Shown here: positions 56,763 through 64,000 of the stretch, in pieces
Layout of the letters: each line of letters starts with the position of its first letter
Position numbering within the stretch: position 1 is the first letter of the stretch
Assembly: GCA_038882975.1 (NCBI GenBank)
Contig: JAVZNE010000002.1
Coordinates: 1-64,000, forward strand
Length of the DNA stretch: 64,000 bases
Direction of reading: 5' to 3'
DNA from: Candidatus Bathyarchaeia archaeon
GTDB lineage: Archaea > Thermoproteota > Bathyarchaeia > Bathyarchaeales > Bathycorpusculaceae
Notes under the pieces: model-generated
What the model saw: only the letters and a program-made list of their open reading frames with translations
What the model was told of the DNA's origin: nothing
Databases searched by the model: none
Program-made: the position numbers and the translations under genes

Positions 56763-58160
56763 ATGAAGAAAATTGAATTAATTATGGGAGGTATTGCTGT
56801 CATCGCTTTGATCCTCTCTATAGTATCGTTGGGTTACCTTTATACGATAACGTCTGGCATTGAGTCTAGGCTTTCCAGCGTTGAGGAGCAGCTTAACGCT
56901 TTGACAGCGAAGCCTTTGCTGTGGGGTTATGAGTTGAGGGTTGGGATATGTCTGCCGCTTTCTGGGGCTATGGCTGCTTTCGGTCAATCGGGATTACGAG
57001 GTGCGGAGCTGGCAACCGAGGAAATCAACTTTGCTGGGGGCATTTTAGGAGCCAGGATTAAGTTATACATTGAGGATTTTGCTGGAGATCCTAAAGTTGC
57101 GGTTTCAGCAACTGAGAAGCTCATAACAACCAATAAAGTACACGTTTTAAGAGGATACTTCACAAGCTCTGGAGCCATGTCAGCCATGCCAACAGCCGAA
57201 AGCTATAAATGCCCTGTACTTTCCATAGGCAGCAGCGCCAAAGAGCTCTGTCAAAAAGGATGGAAATACTGGTTTAAGACCCCGCCCAACAGTACAATGT
57301 TCGCTAAAGTATCTGTGGAGTTCTTAAAAAGCGAAATTGTACCTAGATTAAACCTCGGAAGACCTTTGAAGGTCGCAGTGCTGCACGAAAACACCTTAAT
57401 GGGAGTTTCAGACAAAAACGAGTTCCTAGCGGTTGTTAACGCATCAGAAGTCAATTGGCAGATAGTAGCCGTCAAAGACTATACGGCGGGCTCCTTGGAC
57501 TTTAGGCCAGTTTTAGAAACAATTAAGGCAGCGGGACCTGACGTTTTGGCTATGTCCGGCTACCTCACAGACAGCGTGTTAATAGCTAAGCAATCAAAAG
57601 AGATCGGATTAAACCCGTTGTTTATAAGCATTGGAGGGGCTGGCATGCAAACGCCAGCGCTTATTGACTTGGCTGGGGGAGATGTGGCATATTGGTTTGT
57701 AGCCAATGAGTACTGGTGGGACAGGGCATATCCAAGCCGCGAGGCCGGGAGGAAAGTTGCCGAAGCGTTTGTAGATAGATACGGTGTTCCCCCAGACTTC
57801 CAAGGGTGGGCGGGCTATGCGGGGCAATACATGCTCAAAGAACTATATGAAAAACTAGCAGAAACCCAGGCTGATGCCCTAAAAGATGCTTTCCAAAACA
57901 ATAAAGTGGAGGTTATACGTAACATGACTAGGGATGGCTTAGCAACTTTAAAGCTCTACTTGGACTGGACTGGAGAGCTATACTTCGAACCAAATGGTCA
58001 ATTGGCGTATTCGCTGACTGGCCCATGCATGGGATGCACAATAATACAAGTTCAACCAGCCACACAAGATGACTTGTGGTCCACTAAAGGGTACACGTTC
58101 CGCACGGTCTTCTCATCAGTCTATAAGGTCGCAGATCCGATAATCCCGCCAAGAACTTAA
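56763..58160 (+). CDS. Liv/LivK-family substrate-binding protein, membrane anchored
   Basis: N-terminal TM plus coiled coil; VGICLPLSG..G..G..LA..EIN..GG..G. Confidence 0.85.
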   Translation: MKKIELIMGGIAVIALILSIVSLGYLYTITSGIESRLSSVEEQLNALTAKPLLWGYELRVGICLPLSGAMAAFGQSGLRGAELATEEINFAGGILGARIKLYIEDFAGDPKVAVSATEKLITTNKVHVLRGYFTSSGAMSAMPTAESYKCPVLSIGSSAKELCQKGWKYWFKTPPNSTMFAKVSVEFLKSEIVPRLNLGRPLKVAVLHENTLMGVSDKNEFLAVVNASEVNWQIVAVKDYTAGSLDFRPVLETIKAAGPDVLAMSGYLTDSVLIAKQSKEIGLNPLFISIGGAGMQTPALIDLAGGDVAYWFVANEYWWDRAYPSREAGRKVAEAFVDRYGVPPDFQGWAGYAGQYMLKELYEKLAETQADALKDAFQNNKVEVIRNMTRDGLATLKLYLDWTGELYFEPNGQLAYSLTGPCMGCTIIQVQPATQDDLWSTKGYTFRTVFSSVYKVADPIIPPRT

Positions 58161-58322
58161 ACGCCACATACTTCGTGACTTATTTTTCTCTTCTCTACAT
58201 ATGGTAATCCTTTGTTCAGCTTTAAACAGTAAAGTGGGCTTTTCGAAAGGAAATGGTAAAAAGCTATCATAACTATAGCAAAAATTATTGGCAAAACTGT
58301 GTGACTGGATGGCAGAATAGAC

Positions 58323-58925
58323 ATGAGGAAAACCTTAGTAGTTATAGCGTTAATAACCCTTTCAGTGGGAGTTTTCGTTTCCTTTTCATTTCAAGCACAA
58401 TACAGTGAACAAGTTGTAGCATATGACTGGACAATACACCCACGGGAACTAGCCCCGCCCAAAGAAGAGAATACAATCCCACAAAATGAGAATGAGTTTT
58501 CTACAACTGGCCTGGCATTCATTAGCATCACGAAGACCCAGGATGTTATAAAAAAATTTCCAAAGCTAACTGTTATAGCACTCGAATTGAACGTAACGGC
58601 ATCGCAGCCAGTTAGGGTAATAGTGGGTAGACTAATTCATTCAGATCCAGTTACCTTTGACCATGTAATATTTAACAGCTCAAGTACAACTTTCTCTGAA
58701 AGTATCACAACAAAAGGAACAGAGGCGGACTTTTTGGAAATAAGGAATGAAGGAGACACTTCAGTAAATGTCATGGGCAACGTGAAAGTTATCGGAGAGA
58801 TTGTTCATGCCAAGTACCCTTACATGAATATCGGCACCCTGATTTTCTTGTCTGGACTTGTCTTGCTAGTTTACGGAATCGCCATTAAGCCAAAAAAGAG
58901 AATCAAATATCTTAAAGGTTCATAA
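58323..58925 (+). CDS. Hypothetical membrane protein
   Basis: N- and C-terminal TM segments. Confidence 0.6.
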   Translation: MRKTLVVIALITLSVGVFVSFSFQAQYSEQVVAYDWTIHPRELAPPKEENTIPQNENEFSTTGLAFISITKTQDVIKKFPKLTVIALELNVTASQPVRVIVGRLIHSDPVTFDHVIFNSSSTTFSESITTKGTEADFLEIRNEGDTSVNVMGNVKVIGEIVHAKYPYMNIGTLIFLSGLVLLVYGIAIKPKKRIKYLKGS

Positions 58926-58993
58926 ATTTCTGCCACTAAATATTTAATTAAACGCCAATACATACAAAGCCACGATACCTCTCTTAGCAAACG

Positions 58994-61585
58994 GTGACAA
59001 AAATGTATAGGATTGATGATGGAACATTGCGGTACACAAACTGTACTAAGGGTGGACCGGTATTTGTTTATGTAAAAGATGGAAGAATTGTTCGTATTGA
59101 ACCCCTTGAATTGAGCCCTGAGGATGCTGAGTCATGGGTTATCGAGGCAAGGGGAAAAACCTTTAAACCGCCAAGGAAAGCCAACGTAGCCGCTTGGACC
59201 CTGTCCGTGAGGGCGAAGGTTTACGCACTCAATAGGATTTTGCAACCACTAAAAAGGGTGGACTTCAACCCGGAGGGACAAAGAAACCCGGAGAATCGAG
59301 GAAAATCCACATATGAACCAATCAGTTGGGAAGAGGCCCTAAACATTTTAGCCTCAGAAATTGAACGCATAAACAAAAATTATGGCCCCGCGGCAATTTT
59401 AACAACGGCTTCTTCGCATCACAGCTGGGGGAACATAGGCTATAGAACAAGTGCATATCACAGGTTTATGGCAATTCTAGGAGCAACGTATGCAGACCAC
59501 AACCCTGACAGTTGGGAAGGCTGGTTCTGGGGTGCAATGCACCACTGGGGTTTTTCATGGAGACTTGGAATACCCGAACAATACGACCTCCTTGAAGACG
59601 CCCTAAAATATTGCGAAATGATAGTTTTCTGGTCATGCGACCCCCACGCCACGCTTGGAACATACGGAGGCCACGAATCAGTCCCGTGGAGATTTTGGCT
59701 TAAAGAATTAGGAGTAAAAATGGTTTTTATTGATCCCTTTTATAATTGGACCGCCATAAACTTCGCCGACAAGTGGCTAGCTCCAAAGCCCGGAACAGAC
59801 ACAGCTCTAGCCTTAGCCATCGCCTATACATGGATAAAAGAAGATACATACGACAAAGACTACATTGAAAAACGCACCTTAGGATTCGAAAAATGGAGAA
59901 GCTACGTTTTAGGCGAAGAAGACGGCGTTCCAAAAACTCCCGAATGGGCGGAAAAAATATGCGATGTACCAGCCCGCGAAATAAGAGCCCTTGCAAGGGA
60001 ATGGGCAAGAAAACGCACAATGCTTGCCTGTGGACGCGGCGGAATGGGAGGCGCCTGCAGAGCCTCCTACGGCCATGAATGGGCGAGAATGATGGTCTTA
60101 TTAGCAGCCATGCAAGGATTAGGAAAGCCTGGACGAAACATCTGGGGGACAACAGCGGGCGTGCCATACAACGGGAAATTCTACTTTCCAGGCTATGCTG
60201 AAGGGGGAATCTCCGGCGACGCAACAAACACAGCGGCAGCTACCTTACTTTCAAGAGGAATAACCAGGATGCCTGTCAGATGGACGACAAACGAGCCTCA
60301 AGGACAGCATGTTCTAAGGCTTTTAATTCCGGAGGCTGTTTTAAACCCGCCGTTGAGATGGAGGGGAAAAGGCTTTGCGGGAGCTTTCCCGGAAGCCCAA
60401 TTCAAAGAGTATAAGTACCCAGAGGATGGATTCCCACTGGCTAGAATGTTCTGGAGGTACGGCGCATCCTATATCTCAACAATGACCGAGACCAACAGAT
60501 GGGTTAAAATGTACAGAAGCCCGAAGCTCGATTTTGTCGTTTGCCAAGCAATATGGTTTGAAGGGGAAGCCAAATTTGCGGATCTAATCCTTCCAGCATG
60601 TACAAATTTTGAAAGATGGGACATTGGAGAGTGGGCAACTTCCGGCGGCTACACTCCGCACTTGTCCTACTCGACAAACCATCGCATCATAGTACTACAA
60701 ATGAAATGCATAGAACCCTTAGGAGAATCGAAATCCGACTACGAAATATTCGCCGCCGTCGCGAAAAAACTTGGATTTTACGAAAAATACACGGAGAACG
60801 GCATGACCGAGTTAGATTGGGTTAAAAGAATGTTTGAAGTCACAGACTTGTCAAAATATATTACGTGGGAGGAATTTTTTAAGAAGGGATATTTTGTCGT
60901 GCCTCTGCCTAAACCATACAAGCCAACTCCGGCGCTGAGATGGTTCGCCGAGGGGAGAAAAAGAGACACGCCAGACACTGGCCTCGCGGGAGGTAGAATA
61001 ATGGGTATACCTGATGGATACGGTCTGGGAACAACATCTGGCCTCCTAGAGTTTGAAGCTAGCACTTTAAAAAGGTTTAACCCAAATGATCCTGAAAGGC
61101 CGCCCGTACCCAAATACATTCCTTCATGGGAAGGCCCGGAAAGCCCGATTTCACAAAAGTATCCCCTTCAGCTGATTTCTCCGCATCCAAGGTATTCGTT
61201 TTTCACACAATATGATGGAAAAGACAGCTGGATTAACGATATCCCAGACCACAGACGCAAGGGTAAGGATGGTTATTACTATTGGATACTTAGGATAAAC
61301 CCTGTAGATGCAAATAGAAGGGGCATCTGCAATGGAGACATCATTAAAGTTTACAACGACAGAGGTGCCGTGATATGCATAGCTGAGGTTACCGAAAGAA
61401 TACGTCCCGGAGTTGTGCATGCCTATGAGGGAAGCGCGGTTTACGACCCTATAGATGAGCCTGGAAAGTCTCCGGACCGTGGAGGTTGCGTAAACTTGCT
61501 GACCCCTTCACGTCTAATGTCTAAAAATGCCAGTGGAATGGCGCCCAACTCGTGTCTTGTGGAAGTTTGCAAGTTAGGAGAGTAG
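58994..61585 (+). CDS. athL: Pyrogallol-phloroglucinol transhydroxylase large subunit homolog (Mo-bis-PGD, Ser ligand)
   Basis: GGPVFVYVKDG, IEARGKTF.PPRK, SSHHSWGNIGYR, ADHNPDSWEGW, GFSWRLG.PEQYDLLED, FYFPGYAEGGISGD: long blocks matching Pelobacter acidigallici AthL as I recall it. Confidence 0.85.
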   Translation: MTKMYRIDDGTLRYTNCTKGGPVFVYVKDGRIVRIEPLELSPEDAESWVIEARGKTFKPPRKANVAAWTLSVRAKVYALNRILQPLKRVDFNPEGQRNPENRGKSTYEPISWEEALNILASEIERINKNYGPAAILTTASSHHSWGNIGYRTSAYHRFMAILGATYADHNPDSWEGWFWGAMHHWGFSWRLGIPEQYDLLEDALKYCEMIVFWSCDPHATLGTYGGHESVPWRFWLKELGVKMVFIDPFYNWTAINFADKWLAPKPGTDTALALAIAYTWIKEDTYDKDYIEKRTLGFEKWRSYVLGEEDGVPKTPEWAEKICDVPAREIRALAREWARKRTMLACGRGGMGGACRASYGHEWARMMVLLAAMQGLGKPGRNIWGTTAGVPYNGKFYFPGYAEGGISGDATNTAAATLLSRGITRMPVRWTTNEPQGQHVLRLLIPEAVLNPPLRWRGKGFAGAFPEAQFKEYKYPEDGFPLARMFWRYGASYISTMTETNRWVKMYRSPKLDFVVCQAIWFEGEAKFADLILPACTNFERWDIGEWATSGGYTPHLSYSTNHRIIVLQMKCIEPLGESKSDYEIFAAVAKKLGFYEKYTENGMTELDWVKRMFEVTDLSKYITWEEFFKKGYFVVPLPKPYKPTPALRWFAEGRKRDTPDTGLAGGRIMGIPDGYGLGTTSGLLEFEASTLKRFNPNDPERPPVPKYIPSWEGPESPISQKYPLQLISPHPRYSFFTQYDGKDSWINDIPDHRRKGKDGYYYWILRINPVDANRRGICNGDIIKVYNDRGAVICIAEVTERIRPGVVHAYEGSAVYDPIDEPGKSPDRGGCVNLLTPSRLMSKNASGMAPNSCLVEVCKLGE

Positions 61586-61589
61586 AGCT

Positions 61590-62450
61590 GTGAAAAAATG
61601 GGTTATGATCGTAGATGTGGATAAGTGCATAGCATGCTATGCTTGTTTCACTGCATGTAAAGATGAATTTTGGAGCAATGACCACCTCCCATATTCAGCT
61701 GGCATCAAAAAACGGGAGCAGACACTCATAAGGCTCGAAAAAAGGGAACGAGGGAAATTTCCCCATGTGAAAGTGGCTTATATGCCAGTTCTGTGCATGC
61801 AATGCGATAACCCCCCATGCTTGAAAGCAGCTGAGGATAACGCTGTATACAAAAGGGAAGACGGAATAGTGATAATAGATCCCGTAAAAGCCTTGGGGCA
61901 GCAAGAGATAATGAAGGCATGCCCGTATAACGCGGTTTCATGGAACGACGAGAAAAACCTCCCCCAAAAGTGCACTTTTTGTATTCACAGAGTCGAAGAT
62001 GGTAGTGCACCTCGATGTGTCCAAGCATGTCCCAGCGGAGCACTGTTATTCGGCGATTTAAACGACCCAAAAGGCGAAATAAGCAAAGTCTTGAAGTCAG
62101 GTTTAGCAGAGCCATTTCACCCAGAATACGGCACTAAGCCAAACGTTTACTACATGGGCCTTTATAAAATGACAAAATATTTCATAGCGGGGAACGTTGC
62201 ATTTAAAGAAAACGACGAATGTGCGGAAGGAGTAGAGGTGACCTTGATAAACGAGGAAACCGGTGAAACTAAAAAATTAAAAACTGATACCTTCGGAGGC
62301 TTTGAATTTGACGGGTTGGAACCAAACACAAGATACCGCATAAAGTTAGATTACCCGGGATACGCCTCTAAAGAAATGCGACTGGAACTCGACGGTGCAG
62401 ACGTATATCTTGGGTACGTGTTTATAGAAAAGAGCAACAAAGACGCTTAA
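61590..62450 (+). CDS. bthL: Transhydroxylase small (Fe-S) subunit homolog with C-terminal beta-sandwich
   Basis: CIACYACFTACKDE, CMQCDNPPC, GIVIIDPVKA (third cluster missing, as in BthL), KCTFC, TDTFGGFEFD. Confidence 0.85.
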   Translation: MKKWVMIVDVDKCIACYACFTACKDEFWSNDHLPYSAGIKKREQTLIRLEKRERGKFPHVKVAYMPVLCMQCDNPPCLKAAEDNAVYKREDGIVIIDPVKALGQQEIMKACPYNAVSWNDEKNLPQKCTFCIHRVEDGSAPRCVQACPSGALLFGDLNDPKGEISKVLKSGLAEPFHPEYGTKPNVYYMGLYKMTKYFIAGNVAFKENDECAEGVEVTLINEETGETKKLKTDTFGGFEFDGLEPNTRYRIKLDYPGYASKEMRLELDGADVYLGYVFIEKSNKDA

Positions 62451-62506
62451 AACGTTAAATGTTAGATATAAAGATTTAATGGTTCTAAATCTTGGAGGTG
62501 AAATTG

Positions 62507-64000
62507 TTGCCAAATCAATCTCGTGTTAAAGTTGTGCGCACATCCGCATGGTCAGCCGGTCCTGGTTGCCATGGAGGTTGTGGGGTTGAGGTTTACGTAA
62601 AAGATGGCAAACTTGAGAAGGTGGAAGGCGATCCAAAGAATCCCTTCAACATGGGCAGGGTATGCGCCAGATGTCTGGCAATGAAACAGTATTTTTACCA
62701 TCCTCTACGATTGCTTTATCCTCTAAAACGAGTGGGGAAACGTGGCGAAAATAAATGGCAGAGAATCTCGTGGAGTGAGGCTTTCGACATTATAGAAAAG
62801 AAATTCCGAGAAATAAGTGAGAAATATGGCCCGGAAAGCATACTTTTTTGCCAGGGAACGGGCAGAGACATAGGAGCCGCTCTCACATTATTGGCGTATT
62901 CTGTTGGCAGCCCCAACTGGATTCAGCTCGGGTTAAGCGGGCATGCATGTTATACCCCAAGACTCGCCGCCATGTGGCTAACAACAGGCGAATATCAAGT
63001 ATTGGACGCTTCCCAATGGTTAGAAAAGAGATACGACGATCCCGAGTATAATCCTCCAAAATACATCATAGTTTGGGGCTATAACCTGCCAAGCACATGC
63101 CCAGACGGTTTCTTTGGACACTGGATAGTTGACCTAATGAAACATGGATCAAAGCTTATAGTGGTTGACCCAAGAGTTACGTGGCTTGCGTCAAGGGCGG
63201 AAATCCATTTACGCGTTAGACCCGGCACGGATGGGGCCTTAGCTTTGGGCATGTTAAAGGTGATTATTGATGAAAAACTTTATGATGAGGAGTTTGTTAA
63301 GAAGTGGACAAACGCCGCTTTTTTGGTTAGGACAGACACGAATAAGCTTCTTAGAGAGAATGATGTAAGCTCAAAGGGTAAACATGAAAACTTGGTTGTT
63401 TGGAATGAACGAAAAAATGATGTAACAATTTGGAACACAAAGAACCTAACCTATGAACCAATAGATACCGAGCCAGCTTTGGAAGGGTATTACAACGTCA
63501 CTTTGGCCAATGGCACCACCGTCCAATGTAAAACGGTATGGACAGCCTTAAAAGAAAGGGTTGCGGACTATACGCCGGAAAAAGTTGCAGAGATCACGTG
63601 GATTCCCGACCCCAGAGATATTGTTGAAGCGGCAAGGCTTTACGCCCAAAACAAGCCCTCAGCTATACATTGGGGGGTTGCCAGCTCAGACCATGCAGGG
63701 CCCAATGCAATCCCAACAGCTCAAGCAATAACCCAGCTATGGTGTGTTACAGGAAATTTAGACGCCCCTGGTGGAAATGTTATTGCAAGATACGCGTTTG
63801 GAGTCGTTGTTTACCCATTCCACGCTGGAGTTGGACCAGTGGCCCCTCCGGACACCTTCTACACGAAAAGATCAGGGGTGTGGAAGTACCCTGTTCTAAA
63901 AAACTTCCGGTCATGGGCCTTGTCAGACACGGCTTTAGAACAGATGTTTACTGGTGAACCCTACCCAATAAAAGCGGTATGGATGCAGACATGCAACCCG
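62507..64000 (+). CDS. Mo/W-bis-PGD oxidoreductase, catechol-dehydroxylase/acetylene-hydratase-like, truncated by window end (not in ORF track)
   Basis: GGAGGTG SD; MPNQSRVKVVRTSAWSAGPGCHGGCG...CARC, QGTGRD, GHACYTPR, VVDPR, RPGTD, TGNLD.PGG. Confidence 0.85.
   Translation, partial: MPNQSRVKVVRTSAWSAGPGCHGGCGVEVYVKDGKLEKVEGDPKNPFNMGRVCARCLAMKQYFYHPLRLLYPLKRVGKRGENKWQRISWSEAFDIIEKKFREISEKYGPESILFCQGTGRDIGAALTLLAYSVGSPNWIQLGLSGHACYTPRLAAMWLTTGEYQVLDASQWLEKRYDDPEYNPPKYIIVWGYNLPSTCPDGFFGHWIVDLMKHGSKLIVVDPRVTWLASRAEIHLRVRPGTDGALALGMLKVIIDEKLYDEEFVKKWTNAAFLVRTDTNKLLRENDVSSKGKHENLVVWNERKNDVTIWNTKNLTYEPIDTEPALEGYYNVTLANGTTVQCKTVWTALKERVADYTPEKVAEITWIPDPRDIVEAARLYAQNKPSAIHWGVASSDHAGPNAIPTAQAITQLWCVTGNLDAPGGNVIARYAFGVVVYPFHAGVGPVAPPDTFYTKRSGVWKYPVLKNFRSWALSDTALEQMFTGEPYPIKAVWMQTCNP

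Noticed and set aside
33850-64000. Mo/W region as an island integrated at tRNA-Leu
   Set aside because: No integrase and no repeat of the tRNA-Leu 3' end was seen in the window; adjacency alone is insufficient.

Overview
Archaeal genomic window, most consistent with Bathyarchaeia (inferred from aRF1, RadA, Hef, archease/RtcB, H4MPT enzymes Ftr/Mtd, intron-containing tRNAs and GGGGTG/GGAGG Shine-Dalgarno sites). It has three zones. (1) Bases 1-~13985 are the right part of a probable integrated mobile element, ending at a 12-nt tRNA-Ala 3'-end-like sequence. It is rich in DNA repair and recombination genes: an ATP-dependent DNA ligase, a divergent Ku-like protein, a truncated N6-MTase, an XPB-like helicase, ParB, two RadA paralogs flanking a cluster of small RHH regulators, a PC4-like protein and a Hef helicase. 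The most striking observation is a 28-nt insertion inside the catalytic Lys codon of the ligase that folds into a bulge-helix-bulge (BHB). Canonical excision restores EPKYDGTR exactly, so it is a candidate archaeal mRNA intron, although the same gene also carries two 1-nt deletions. (2) Bases ~14 000-33 850 are host genes: a cobalamin-uptake-like DUF4430/ECF cluster, aRF1, an H4MPT C1 cluster (ftr, frhB-like, mtd, mtdB-like fusion), M42 peptidase, archease, adk, rtcB, and tRNA-Arg(CCT) and tRNA-Leu(TAA), both with introns. (3) Bases ~34 000-64 000 form a Mo/W-enzyme region with four DMSO-reductase-family enzymes, including a close homolog of pyrogallol-phloroglucinol transhydroxylase (AthL/BthL), plus Moco genes, ModE with a candidate box, and FecCD-type and Liv-type ABC transporters. 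All family calls come from reading motifs by eye; no searches were run.
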